Origin: Candidatus Levyibacteriota bacterium | GTDB taxonomy: Bacteria; Patescibacteriota; Microgenomatia; Levybacterales; UBA12049 | Reading direction: 5' to 3' | Assembly (NCBI GenBank): GCA_027459745.1 | Contig: DAIDHL010000003.1 | Location: 1,125-65,124, forward strand | Length of the DNA: 64,000 nt | Shown: piece after piece, positions 46,512-57,013 of the stretch | Layout of the letters: the number at the start of each line of letters is the position of its first letter | Position numbering within the stretch: the first letter of the stretch is position 1 | The notes under the pieces: model-generated | Database searches by the model: none | Told to the model about the DNA's origin: nothing | The model's input: only the letters and a program-made list of their open reading frames with translations | Position numbers and translations under genes: made by a program

Positions 46512-48503
46512 ATGAACATAAAAATACTTGATTCTTGGTTAAGAGAATATTTACAAACAGATGCTACTGCATACGAAGTGGCCAAGCAGATCTCGCTGAC
46601 AAGTGTCTCAATTGAAAGAGTAGAGAAGCACAAAGATGACTTTATTTACGATATTGAAGTAACGACCAATCGTCCCGACTTGGCTAGCGTTAACGGCTTG
46701 GCACGAGAAGCGGGAACTGTATTACCACAGAATGGGATAAGAGCCATTTATAAACCCCTTGTCCTTATGCACGAAGAGAAACAATCTAGTACAAACAATG
46801 AGATTGCTTCGTCGTCTTTAACTCCTGTCCATGACTTATTAAAAATTGAACTTGCTATCAAAGCCGTCAACCGTGTATGTGCGGTTGTAATGGACGTAAA
46901 AATTGACAAATCGCCTGAGCAAGTTATTGAAAGACTCGAGACTAGTGGGATTCGAAGTTTAAATAACTTGATAGATATTACCAACTATGTCATGCGGGTA
47001 ACCGGACAACCAACGCATGTGTTTGACTACGACCGCTTAGGGGGAACAGAACTAACTATTCGAGAAGCCAAAACCGGAGAAGAAATCACCACACTTGATA
47101 ATAAAACATACACACTTAATGGGGGAGAAGTAATAGCAGAAAACGAAAAGGGCGAAATAGTTGATTTATTAGCTATCATGGGTCTAAAAAACAGTGTAGT
47201 GACCGAACAAACCAAGCGTATCGTTTTCTTTGTCAATAATATTGACTCAAACAAAATTAGAAAAGCTTCCATGAATCTAGGTATCCGAACTGAAGCAGCT
47301 CAATTAAATGAAAAACATTTAGATCCCAACCTTTGTGAAGTAGCACTACAATATGGAATTCAACTTTATCAAGAATTAGCCGAGGGTAAAGTTGTCAGTC
47401 CTATCATAGACCTTTATCCGCATGCATCTGAAGAAAAACAGGTCGTCGTCAGTTTGGCTAAGATAAACAGCGTAATCGGCATCGACATATCCGCAGAAAA
47501 ATCGATTGATATTTTGACTAAATTAGGTTTCCAGGTCCAGCAAGAAGAAGACAACTTATATGTAACTGTGCCTACTATTCGCGCTTATGATGTTACTCTT
47601 CCCGAAGATATTATCGAAGAAATCGCTCGTGTCTATGGCTATCACAATTTACCAGTAGAGCTTCCTTCACTAAATACACAACAAGCTATACAACAGGAAA
47701 AAAATCCTTTTTACTGGGAACAAAGAATCAAAAATACCTTAAAATATTGGGGATTTACCGAAACTTACACCTATTCCATGATACCCGAGAACCTCTATGA
47801 AGGTCCTCTGAATGAAGCGGTTACCATTTCCAACCCCCTCAATGAAGAGTTCGTTTATATGCGCAATACCTTGATACCAAGCTTATTGCGTGTAGTTAGT
47901 GAGAACAAAAGTTATGAACAAGTCAAGATTTTTGAGATTGCCAACGTTTATCAGAAAAGACAAAATAAATTGCCGGAAGAAATCAGAATGCTAGCGGGAG
48001 TAATTAAGCAAAAACAAATCTCATTTTTTGTAGTTAAAGGTTACTTACAACAGCTATTTAATGATCTGGGAGTTAATAATTATGAGTTTAAACCGTCAGA
48101 TCAAGGCGGAGATGGCACAAAAATCTATGTTGCGGAAAAATATCTTGGAGATATAGAAATTTTAGATGAAAATTTAATTGACTTCGAACTTAATTTTGAA
48201 TTGTTAATAGCCCATGCCTCCCTGAGAAAAACCTATATTCCTGCCAGTAAATTCCCTCCTGTCCTTGAAGATATTTCTTTGGTGATCCCGGCAGATATTT
48301 TGACTCAGGAGGTTATAGATTTAATTAAAAAACAAAGTTCTTTAATCGTTAATGTTGAATTAATAGACCGCTATGAAAATAACCGAACTTTCCATGTTAT
48401 ATATAGGGATAATGAAAAGAATTTAACACAAGATGAAATAAAGACTCTGCATGAAAAAATCCTTTCTTCCCTCAAAAAGAAATGGCAAATTAAGGAAGAG
48501 TAA
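46512..48503 (+). CDS. pheT: Phenylalanine--tRNA ligase beta subunit (short form)
   Basis: SWLREY, TTNRPD, IDITNYVM, DIIEEIARVYGY; start MNIKIL. Confidence 0.95.
   Translation: MNIKILDSWLREYLQTDATAYEVAKQISLTSVSIERVEKHKDDFIYDIEVTTNRPDLASVNGLAREAGTVLPQNGIRAIYKPLVLMHEEKQSSTNNEIASSSLTPVHDLLKIELAIKAVNRVCAVVMDVKIDKSPEQVIERLETSGIRSLNNLIDITNYVMRVTGQPTHVFDYDRLGGTELTIREAKTGEEITTLDNKTYTLNGGEVIAENEKGEIVDLLAIMGLKNSVVTEQTKRIVFFVNNIDSNKIRKASMNLGIRTEAAQLNEKHLDPNLCEVALQYGIQLYQELAEGKVVSPIIDLYPHASEEKQVVVSLAKINSVIGIDISAEKSIDILTKLGFQVQQEEDNLYVTVPTIRAYDVTLPEDIIEEIARVYGYHNLPVELPSLNTQQAIQQEKNPFYWEQRIKNTLKYWGFTETYTYSMIPENLYEGPLNEAVTISNPLNEEFVYMRNTLIPSLLRVVSENKSYEQVKIFEIANVYQKRQNKLPEEIRMLAGVIKQKQISFFVVKGYLQQLFNDLGVNNYEFKPSDQGGDGTKIYVAEKYLGDIEILDENLIDFELNFELLIAHASLRKTYIPASKFPPVLEDISLVIPADILTQEVIDLIKKQSSLIVNVELIDRYENNRTFHVIYRDNEKNLTQDEIKTLHEKILSSLKKKWQIKEE
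46761..46835. repeat. Degenerate REP/RPE-like copy D inserted in-frame in pheT
   Basis: 75 nt GTC...AAACAATCT...AGATTGCTTCG...ATGAC, encodes VLMHEEKQS...EIASSSLTPVHD. Confidence 0.65.
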
Positions 48504-48605
48504 ATGTTAGAAAAAGATATTTGTATTCTGGAGCCTGACTGCTACTAAACAACTAGTTAACCGTTAAAGTCATTAACTTCTTAACCCCTTTCTACTGACT
48601 ACTAA

Positions 48606-51149
48606 CTAGTGTGGAGTTGGCGTTGGAGTATCTGTCGGTTGAGGAGTAGGAGTAGCTCCATTAGGTGTAGGCGTAGGAGTTCCGGGTGCGGAGGTAATCT
48701 GATTTGCATTTTGACTAGCAGGAGCCCAAGTAGTAGTATCAGCCGTAGAATTGACTAAATCTGCTGGCGGATTCCACAATTGATCGGTTTTATGATTTTG
48801 CTGTATCCATGCATTTATGCCATCCTGCCAGCGATTCTTACCATCGGTAGAAATTGGGTCAGATTCTTTGAAAACTACATAATCTTTTCCATCTTTAGAT
48901 TCATAAACAGGCGATTGAGCTTTAGGTTCAGTCCCTTTTATAAAGTATTCAACTCTGGTGGGTTGGCCTGGATGAGGTAACCCTCCAGCAAATGCATCAA
49001 TGGTCATTGCAATAACGTCATCTGGCTTTTGTGGAGGTTCATCAGCTTTACCTTTAAGAATTTGTGACATAATATCATTCCAAATTGGAGCAGCACCGGT
49101 AATACCGGAAGCAATGGCTTGATTCATAGGAGAATCGTCATTGTTGCCTACCCATACACCTACAACATAAGACGGTGTATAACCCATGGTCCAATTATCA
49201 CGCTTATCGTCAGTGGTACCTGTCTTGACTGAGACTGTTTTGCCAGGAACAACTAATTTTGAATACGCACCAAATTCCATAATTCTTGCGTTATTATCAA
49301 GCAAAATATGAGAAATCAAGAAACTAACATCAGCGGGGAGTACACGCTGACCACTGTTAGTTTGATGCTGATATAAAACATTGCCTTTATCATCAGTTAC
49401 TTTCTCAATAGCATATGGGTCAATCTTCACCCCAGCATTCGCAAATACTCCATAAGCAGTCACTTCTTGTAACAAGGTAGTCTCACGACCCCCTAGGACT
49501 AGAGAATAACCTACACTATTTAAATTGGCTGTCGTTGGCTGCCAATTGGTAATGCCCATATTGTAGGCTTGCTGCATCACTGGCTGAATACCGACTCTGG
49601 CCAACATCTTTACAGCCGGCACATTTATGGAGTTACCAAGAGCAAAACGAAGCTGAATTGGGCCACGATACTTACCATCATAATTAACAGGAATATAATC
49701 AGGCTCAGAATCATCTTGTTTGAAATTAGTAGCCACGTCCATTACAGTAGTAGCAGGGGTGTACCCATGTTCAAAGGCAACTGAGTACATAATTGGCTTT
49801 AACGATGATCCAGGTTGACGATAGGCTAAAGCAGCGTTGAAATTACCGTCGTTTGCACTATCAAAATAATCCTTACTCCCATCCATAGCTAGAATCGCCC
49901 CAGTTTTAGGATCAGTTACAATCGCTGCCCCATTAGTCACATGATAGCCATTCAATTTATCTAATTCAGTTGAGATATCACTTTCAACTTCTTTCTCAAC
50001 GTTGTAGTCCAGGGTGGTAGTAACCTGTAATCCTCCCGTCTCTACAGCCTGTTCTCCAAACTGATTAGCCAACAATTGCTTTACATACATCACAAAATGA
50101 GGTGCTTTAATTCCTCCTTCATGCTGAGTAAATTGATAACTAGCAATCTCTTTCTCACCAGCTGTCATCTGACTTTGCGTAATATACCCATCATCATACA
50201 TTTGGGTTAAAACAGCATTAGTACGGTCAATATAATATTTATTGCCGCTAAATGGGGAATAGACAGACGGACTTTGCGGCAAACCTGAAATGAACGCACT
50301 CTGGGCAATATCCAGATCTTTAGCATCTTTACCAAAATATTGCTGTGCAGCTGCTTCTACACCTATAGCTGTACCTCCATAAGGAATATTGTTTAAGTAC
50401 ATTTCCAATATCTGGTCTTTAGTGTACATCTGATTGACCTGAATAGACAAAATAAGCTCTTTAATCTTACGTGTCAAAGTCCTTTGATTGTTTAATAAAA
50501 CATTTTTAACTAACTGTTGGGTAATAGTGGAAGCACCGCCTAAACCATCTCCTTTGACATAGTGATATAACGCACGCACATAACCAATAGGAGAAAAGCC
50601 AGAGTTGTTATAAAAATTCTTATCTTCTATGGCAATCGTTCCCTCTCTAATGTATTTAGAAATTTCTGGTAAACTTACATATGTACGATTCTCATTTTGA
50701 TATACCGAATAAAGCAAAGTACCATTGCGGTCATAAATACGAGTTGCGTCTCCATATTTTGCATTTACCAATGTGCCGGGCGAAGGTAAATCACGGCTAA
50801 AATACCAGAAAGTAAGAGGCACAACAATAATCATCAGTAATAGTCCAATAAAAATCAGTCTGACTACTACACTCCAAAAATTTAAATTGGAAAATGAAAG
50901 AAAACCTGGAATGTGGAATAAAGGTTTGACCCGTCGATGCCGGCGGGGAGCAAAATCGACCATATTTAGTGTATTATACCATTTGGAAAATTTTCCTGCT
51001 GAAAAACCGTGACTATTTATCGACCTTCTGAACCTGTTTTTCAGCCAGTCCTTAATTTCCCTTCCTTTCCACCTGATAAACTTCATAACATACAAAACAC
51101 CTTTTTCTCTAGGTTGATTAAATTCAATATGTTTTATTTCATTTTCCAT
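48606..51149 (-). CDS. Class A penicillin-binding protein (PBP1a-like)
   Basis: EDKNF, GASTITQQL, QPGSSLK, SIN, KTGT; Pro/Thr tail. Confidence 0.93.
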   Translation of the reverse strand: MENEIKHIEFNQPREKGVLYVMKFIRWKGREIKDWLKNRFRRSINSHGFSAGKFSKWYNTLNMVDFAPRRHRRVKPLFHIPGFLSFSNLNFWSVVVRLIFIGLLLMIIVVPLTFWYFSRDLPSPGTLVNAKYGDATRIYDRNGTLLYSVYQNENRTYVSLPEISKYIREGTIAIEDKNFYNNSGFSPIGYVRALYHYVKGDGLGGASTITQQLVKNVLLNNQRTLTRKIKELILSIQVNQMYTKDQILEMYLNNIPYGGTAIGVEAAAQQYFGKDAKDLDIAQSAFISGLPQSPSVYSPFSGNKYYIDRTNAVLTQMYDDGYITQSQMTAGEKEIASYQFTQHEGGIKAPHFVMYVKQLLANQFGEQAVETGGLQVTTTLDYNVEKEVESDISTELDKLNGYHVTNGAAIVTDPKTGAILAMDGSKDYFDSANDGNFNAALAYRQPGSSLKPIMYSVAFEHGYTPATTVMDVATNFKQDDSEPDYIPVNYDGKYRGPIQLRFALGNSINVPAVKMLARVGIQPVMQQAYNMGITNWQPTTANLNSVGYSLVLGGRETTLLQEVTAYGVFANAGVKIDPYAIEKVTDDKGNVLYQHQTNSGQRVLPADVSFLISHILLDNNARIMEFGAYSKLVVPGKTVSVKTGTTDDKRDNWTMGYTPSYVVGVWVGNNDDSPMNQAIASGITGAAPIWNDIMSQILKGKADEPPQKPDDVIAMTIDAFAGGLPHPGQPTRVEYFIKGTEPKAQSPVYESKDGKDYVVFKESDPISTDGKNRWQDGINAWIQQNHKTDQLWNPPADLVNSTADTTTWAPASQNANQITSAPGTPTPTPNGATPTPQPTDTPTPTPH

Positions 51150-51252
51150 ATTTATACATTGCTTTATTTTTTGTTTATTTAATTATTGTGGTTTATTTCC
51201 CTTATCTCACTCTACTCTTTACCCTTCATCATAATTATTATATACTCAGCAT

Positions 51253-52458
51253 ATGGAAATTATCGAAGACATATTAACTCGTGGTGTTGTTAATATTATA
51301 CCAAATAAAGATATTCTGGCACAAAAACTTACTAGCGGGGAAAAGATAAATATTTATCTTGGAATCGATCCTACCGCTACTCATATCCACCTTGGCCATG
51401 CCGTAGCACTACGCAAGCTAGAACAATTTGCCAAATTAGGACATCATGTAACTTTCCTTATAGGCGATTTTACTGCATTAATTGGAGACACTTCTGACAA
51501 AGACGGTGAGAGACCAATATTAACTAGCGAAGAAATTACCAACAATTTTAAGACATACCAACAACAAGCCGAAAAAGTGCTAGATTTTTCCAAAATTAAA
51601 GTTCGTCTTAATTCAGAGTGGTTAAAAAAATTGTCTTTTGAAGAGATAGTTAAACTTGCTCAAAATTTTTCTGCTAACGATTTTCTCTCACGTGAATTAA
51701 TTGCCAAACGTCTTAAAGAAGGAAAACGAATTGGCCTACATGAACTGCTATATCCAGTTATGCAAGGATATGACAGTTATTTCATGGACACTGACATTCA
51801 AATTGGTGGAGCAGATCAAACTTTTAACATGCAAGCAGGAAGAACGTTACAGAAAATTTTACGCAACAAAGAATCGTTCGTGATTTCTCTTGATTATTTA
51901 TTGGGGACAGATGGCCGAAAAATGAGTAAAAGCTGGAGTAATGCAATTTGGCTCGATGATACACCCGAAGATATCTATGCCAAAGTAATGGCCATCAACG
52001 ATGATTTAATTTCCCAATACTATCGTCTTGCCACAAGCATACCTTTAAAGGATATACAAGCTATTGAAAATGAGTTACAAAGTGGGGCTCACCCTATGAA
52101 TATGAAGAAAAATCTCGCCCGCCAAATTGTCTTGGAATTATATAATTTATCTATGGCTGAGCATGCTGAACAAGCATTTTCAAGTCGTGTACAGAAAAAA
52201 GAGACTCCAGACGAGATCCCCACTATTACTATGTCACGTAGTGAGTTACAAACTTTACCTGTTACCGAAGTTTTAATAAAATTAGATTTATCAACCAGCA
52301 TTTCTGAAGCTAAGAGATTGATTCAGCAGGGTGGAGTTAGAATTAATACACAAGTCGTTAATAACCCACATCAGACACTAGTAGATCCTACTACTGGAAA
52401 AGAAATTTTTATCCAAGTGGGTAAATTTACATTTCGCAAAATTATAATTATAGACTAG
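51253..52458 (+). CDS. tyrS: Tyrosine--tRNA ligase
   Basis: HLGH, KMSKS, S4 domain. Confidence 0.96.
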   Translation: MEIIEDILTRGVVNIIPNKDILAQKLTSGEKINIYLGIDPTATHIHLGHAVALRKLEQFAKLGHHVTFLIGDFTALIGDTSDKDGERPILTSEEITNNFKTYQQQAEKVLDFSKIKVRLNSEWLKKLSFEEIVKLAQNFSANDFLSRELIAKRLKEGKRIGLHELLYPVMQGYDSYFMDTDIQIGGADQTFNMQAGRTLQKILRNKESFVISLDYLLGTDGRKMSKSWSNAIWLDDTPEDIYAKVMAINDDLISQYYRLATSIPLKDIQAIENELQSGAHPMNMKKNLARQIVLELYNLSMAEHAEQAFSSRVQKKETPDEIPTITMSRSELQTLPVTEVLIKLDLSTSISEAKRLIQQGGVRINTQVVNNPHQTLVDPTTGKEIFIQVGKFTFRKIIIID

Positions 52459-52517
52459 ATTATTAAATATTTTCCTGTCTTTACTATATTTTTGTGTTTT
52501 AGATTGTAAAATAAAAT

Positions 52518-52622
52518 ATGAACTTTGTCGAAAAACATAAAAAACTTTGGACCATTATCATCATAATAGCTTCTTTAGCATTAATTTTGATGTCATTTTT
52601 GCCATACATTTCACTCTTATAG
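52518..52622 (+). CDS. Unannotated 34-aa single-pass membrane peptide MNFVEKHKKLWTIIIIIASLALILMSFLPYISLL
   Basis: Basic N-terminus plus TM helix; -10-like element just upstream. Confidence 0.6.
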   Translation: MNFVEKHKKLWTIIIIIASLALILMSFLPYISLL

Positions 52623-52707
52623 CATCTATACTCGTATTTAAATCATATCAACCAATCTAATGAGAATTCTGGACAACCCAGAATGACTAGAGTAGAATCA
52701 CTACAGC

Positions 52708-54792
52708 ATGCAGCTTCAACAGTCTATTGTCACCGCCGGAGGAATATATAAACGGTACTCTGCACTTCTAGAAAAGTTAGGTATAAATACCTTTCAAGAC
52801 TTCCTTTATCACTTTCCTCATCGCTATGATGACTTTTCACAAATTAAAATGATTTCCGCCCTAATACCCGGAGAAACTATAACTGTAAAAGGAACTGTCT
52901 TAAGTATAAAAAATTCTTATACCAAGTCTCACAAGACCTTACAAAAAGCCGTAGTAACAGACGGTACCGGGACGTTGGAGGTAACATGGTTTAATCAACC
53001 TTATCTAACTAAATCCATAAAAACTAATACAGAAATTGTCTTAGCGGGACAAACTGAAAGGAGTGGTAGTAGAACAACCATGCTTTCACCTGAGTATGAA
53101 GTTTTAAGTTCTTCCAACACTGAGACTCTTCATACCGGACGACTGGTGCCAGTTTATCCGGAAACCAGAGGTATCTCATCTAAATGGCTACGTCGACAAA
53201 TTTTTAAATTACTGGAGCAATATAAATTCATCTTGTCAGATACTCTACCCTCTGAAATCAAACAACAATATAATTTCTTGCATCTAGCAGATGCACTAAA
53301 CCTCATTCATTTCCCTAATAATTATGAGGACGTAGAACAGGCTCGAAAAAGGCTTGCTTTTGATGAGCTATTTTATTTACAACTAAAAGCCTTACATCGT
53401 AAACAGATGTGGAAACAGCGAAAATTAACCTCACCGTTGAAAGTAGATGAATACAGAACCAAAATCAATACCTTAATAAATTCTCTTCCTTTTCCTCTCA
53501 CTAAAGCTCAAAGTAGGGAATTGAATAGTATTTTTTCCGACTTACAAAGTGATCAGCCCATGAATAGATTACTCCAGGGTGATGTGGGTAGCGGAAAAAC
53601 CATTGTGGCTGCTCTTTCTATTTACGTCGCTATATTAAATGGGAAACAGGGAGTTATCATGGCCCCAACCGAAATTCTAGCTGAACAACATCATAAATCT
53701 CTAACAGAACTTTTCTCACCTCTAGGAATTCAAGTCGATTTAATTACCGGCTCAACTAAAAGTATTAAGAATAAAGAACTAAGATTAAAGAATATAGAAG
53801 GGGAAAGTGCTAAATCATTAATCCTAAATCCTAAATCTAATATTCTCGTCGGTACCCATGCCTTGCTCTATGACAAAGCTGATTTCTCCAATGCTGGAGT
53901 GGTAGTAATCGATGAGCAACATCGTTTTGGCGTCGAACAACGTGCTTTGATGCGCGAAAAAGGCAATAATCCACATGTTTTAACTATGACTGCCACGCCA
54001 ATTCCTAGAACTATGGCCTTAACTGTCTATGCAGACTTAGATGTCTCATATCTGGATGAAATGCCCGTGGGTAGAAAGCCGATTAAGACCTGGCTTGTTC
54101 CTACCGAAAAAAGGAAAGGAGCTTATCAGTGGATTGAAAAACAAATAAAAGACACCAGATCCCAGGCCTTTATAATCTGTCCTTTCATTGAGGAATCAGA
54201 AAATATGCAATCGGTTAAGGCAGCCAGTGTAGAATTTACCAGATTAAAAACGGAAGTTTTCCCTAATTTAAAACTGGGTTTATTACATGGACGTATGAAA
54301 GCCAAAGAAAAAGACCAGGTATTGCGGGATTTTAAAGATAAAAAATTTGATATTTTAGTTGCGACACCGGTAGTAGAAGTGGGCATAGATATTCCCAATG
54401 CAACGATTATAGTCATCGAAGCCAGTGAAAGATTCGGCCTCAGCCAGTTACATCAACTTAGAGGCAGAGTGGGCAGGGGAGACAAACAATCTTATTGTTT
54501 GCTTTTTGCACAAGCCAAAAATGAACAAACCACCACTCGTTTAAAAGCCATGGAAATAACTCATTCGGGATCTAAATTAGCAGAACTTGATTTACAGCTT
54601 AGAGGTTCTGGGGATCTATATGGAACCAGACAAAGTGGATATAAAATGCTAAAAATTGCTTCTTTTTCCGATAAAGATCTACTCATGAAGGCTAGAACTG
54701 CTGCAAAAATGATCTATTCTAAGATTGAGAATTATCCACAACTTAGCGCACAACTGCTGGAGCTAAACGCACAGAAGATCTCCCAGGATTAA
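52708..54792 (+). CDS. recG: ATP-dependent DNA helicase RecG
   Basis: QGDVGSGKT, DEQHRFG, QLRGRVGRG. Confidence 0.97.
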   Translation: MQLQQSIVTAGGIYKRYSALLEKLGINTFQDFLYHFPHRYDDFSQIKMISALIPGETITVKGTVLSIKNSYTKSHKTLQKAVVTDGTGTLEVTWFNQPYLTKSIKTNTEIVLAGQTERSGSRTTMLSPEYEVLSSSNTETLHTGRLVPVYPETRGISSKWLRRQIFKLLEQYKFILSDTLPSEIKQQYNFLHLADALNLIHFPNNYEDVEQARKRLAFDELFYLQLKALHRKQMWKQRKLTSPLKVDEYRTKINTLINSLPFPLTKAQSRELNSIFSDLQSDQPMNRLLQGDVGSGKTIVAALSIYVAILNGKQGVIMAPTEILAEQHHKSLTELFSPLGIQVDLITGSTKSIKNKELRLKNIEGESAKSLILNPKSNILVGTHALLYDKADFSNAGVVVIDEQHRFGVEQRALMREKGNNPHVLTMTATPIPRTMALTVYADLDVSYLDEMPVGRKPIKTWLVPTEKRKGAYQWIEKQIKDTRSQAFIICPFIEESENMQSVKAASVEFTRLKTEVFPNLKLGLLHGRMKAKEKDQVLRDFKDKKFDILVATPVVEVGIDIPNATIIVIEASERFGLSQLHQLRGRVGRGDKQSYCLLFAQAKNEQTTTRLKAMEITHSGSKLAELDLQLRGSGDLYGTRQSGYKMLKIASFSDKDLLMKARTAAKMIYSKIENYPQLSAQLLELNAQKISQD
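53763..53844. repeat. Inverted heptamer arrays in-frame within recG
   Basis: TATTAAG AATAAAG AACTAAG ATTAAAG / CTAAATC ATTAATC CTAAATC CTAAATC. Confidence 0.6.
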
Positions 54793-54809
54793 AGATCCAA
54801 ATTAATAAT

Positions 54810-55310
54810 CTAATCATAAATCACCTCCTTCAATCCGTTTGAACTGAGTATAAAATTAGTTAATTCTATACTTTTTTCTAAGGCAGGTTCAACAAAATTT
54901 CGCTCTTCCCAGGCTATATCTATAATAATATGAAATGTACCCAACGGCTCTTCTTTCCAGTTCCAATTTGTAACCCCCTTAAAAGTCGCATCAGAATAGC
55001 CCTTATTTAATTTTTCCATACATAAATACTCCAACAAAATATGCTCAAATAAATGTCCAATTTCTGTATTCTTGACTTCATCTACAAAAGAATTATTATT
55101 ATCATTAAAGCAAGTAGAAGAAAAAATTGAGGGCAGTAGTTTTTGTAATATGTCTGATGTGTGAGGCAAAGAAGAGGTGTGTAAAACCTTGGTAGACATG
55201 CTCATAATCAAATCTATGCTCTTCTCTGACGGCATTAAAGCCAAACTAAAATAAGGATTAAGGGAATTTATTTCCTGATATAATAAAGCTACATTTCTCA
55301 TTGATCTCAT
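54810..55310 (-). CDS. Cyanophycin synthetase N-terminal-like domain protein (stand-alone)
   Basis: LLPSI...C...F...V..T.IGHLFEHILLE motif. Confidence 0.6.
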   Translation of the reverse strand: MRSMRNVALLYQEINSLNPYFSLALMPSEKSIDLIMSMSTKVLHTSSLPHTSDILQKLLPSIFSSTCFNDNNNSFVDEVKNTEIGHLFEHILLEYLCMEKLNKGYSDATFKGVTNWNWKEEPLGTFHIIIDIAWEERNFVEPALEKSIELTNFILSSNGLKEVIYD

Positions 55311-55433
55311 ACCTCTTACATTTGTCTTACTAAAAGCTTACATATTGTAAGCGAGGGCTGTCAAGCTGATCATCCTTTCCCACATAGGCACTAGTTGCAG
55401 AAAACGGCTAAATAAAGTAAAATATAAGCTAAT

Positions 55434-55640
55434 ATGTCACACGAACCAAAGAAACGTCATTCCAGACAACGTCAGGGTAAAAGGAGAGCTAGCATTAAAC
55501 TTGGCTTAGCTAAGTTTGCTATCTGTCCAAATTGCCAAGCTAAGCATGCTCCTCACATTGTTTGTCCAGAATGTGGATACTATAAAGGTAGTCAAGTAGT
55601 GGTTAAAAAATCTAAGACCTCTTTGACTCAAACTGCATGA
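55434..55640 (+). CDS. rpmF: 50S ribosomal protein L32
   Basis: PKKRHS, CPNC...HIVCPECGYY. Confidence 0.95.
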   Translation: MSHEPKKRHSRQRQGKRRASIKLGLAKFAICPNCQAKHAPHIVCPECGYYKGSQVVVKKSKTSLTQTA

Positions 55641-55996
55641 GAACAGCACTCGATCCTAGACATAAAAAACGCCAGGATCTACTAAAAGAACTATTTAAAA
55701 TCGATTTTCACCAACAAAAAATCAGTCCCGAAGCTCAGGAAATTATGAGTCATCAGTCTGATCTTGACGCTAATATTCAAGAAGCTGCCAAAGAATTTCC
55801 CATAGAAAAAATTAACAAGGTTGATTTGGCCATTTTACGCCTAGCAATTTATGAGCTTAATTTCGTGAAAAAGGAACCAACAAATGTTATTATAGATGAA
55901 GCTATTGAATTAGCCAAAGAATTTTCTGGCCCTACTAGTCCAGGCTTTATAAACGGTGTACTGGGCAATATTCTTAAAAAAGAGACCCATGAATAA
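55637..55996 (+). CDS. nusB: Transcription antitermination factor NusB
   Basis: VDLAILRLA, IDEAIELAK, FINGVL. Confidence 0.93.
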   Translation: MRTALDPRHKKRQDLLKELFKIDFHQQKISPEAQEIMSHQSDLDANIQEAAKEFPIEKINKVDLAILRLAIYELNFVKKEPTNVIIDEAIELAKEFSGPTSPGFINGVLGNILKKETHE

Positions 55997-56663
55997 TAAA
56001 CTTACTTATCCACCATATAAAAATCCCGAATTATTTGAACAAGCATTCACTCATCGTTCTTATCTAAATGAATCAAAGAAAAAGATTGAATCCAATGAAC
56101 GTTTAGAATTTTTGGGGGATAGTATATTATCTTTCGTAATTTCAGAGTATCTGTACAAAAACTACCCTGAGTATAATGAAGGTATATTAACTAATCTCAG
56201 ATCACTGGTTGTTAATACTAAAAGTTTAGCTCAACAAGCTAAAGAATTACAATTCGGCCAATTATTAAAGCTGTCACATGGGGAAGAAGAGTCAGGAGGA
56301 AGGGATAATGAATCACTGCTAGCCAATTGTTTTGAGGCATATATTGGCGGTTTATTCTTAGATCAGGACATTGAAGTGGTCAAAACCTTCATCGGAGAGC
56401 AATTATTCCCTAAAATTGCCTATTTTGTATCAAGAAGGGCTTTCAAAGACCCTAAAAGCCTTCTGCAAGAGCACGTTCAGGCCAAGAAGTATAATTCGCC
56501 AATTTATAAGGTATTACATGATGAAGGACCTCCTCACGCCAAGATTTTCACCATAGGTGTATTTGTAAACGAAGAATTACTGGCTGAAGGGACAGGGAAG
56601 TCCAAGCAAGAGGCAGAAGAAGCAGCAGCTAAAGCTGCTCTTGAGAAAATACAGGAAAAATGA
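55989..56663 (+). CDS. rnc: Ribonuclease III
   Basis: NERLEFLGD, dsRBD; start MNNKL. Confidence 0.96.
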   Translation: MNNKLTYPPYKNPELFEQAFTHRSYLNESKKKIESNERLEFLGDSILSFVISEYLYKNYPEYNEGILTNLRSLVVNTKSLAQQAKELQFGQLLKLSHGEEESGGRDNESLLANCFEAYIGGLFLDQDIEVVKTFIGEQLFPKIAYFVSRRAFKDPKSLLQEHVQAKKYNSPIYKVLHDEGPPHAKIFTIGVFVNEELLAEGTGKSKQEAEEAAAKAALEKIQEK

Positions 56664-56786
56664 TAAAATTGTCTTTGCTTGTTACAATAATAAACAAGTA
56701 AAGTTATCCTAAGCAACTGATTTATATGTAACAGTTAAAGGATATCGTTTTTTCTGAATTAAACCAGAATCAAAAAAATAAACATT

Positions 56787-57011
56787 ATGTCACTAGTTAT
56801 TAGATTATCAAGAACAGGCAAAAAAGGAGAAAGAAAATTCCGTATTGTCGTAAAAGAGAAGCGTAGCCGACGTGATGGCGATAATGTTGAAGTCCTGGGT
56901 TGGTACGAAAAAGGTAAAGAAAATCAAAAACAACTTAACGTAGAGCGATATGAATATTGGCTTAGCAAAGGTGCACAACCAAGTTTAACCGTTTCTCAAA
57001 TCGCTAAATAA
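56787..57011 (+). CDS. rpsP: 30S ribosomal protein S16
   Basis: IRLSRTG, GAQPS. Confidence 0.95.
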   Translation: MSLVIRLSRTGKKGERKFRIVVKEKRSRRDGDNVEVLGWYEKGKENQKQLNVERYEYWLSKGAQPSLTVSQIAK

Positions 57012-57013
57012 TC

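Noticed and set aside
48606-48700. Repeats at the PBP1a 3' end
   Set aside because: Ordinary Pro/Thr low-complexity tail
54732-54740. DnaA box TTATCCACA
   Set aside because: Single copy inside recG coding sequence; no cluster noticed
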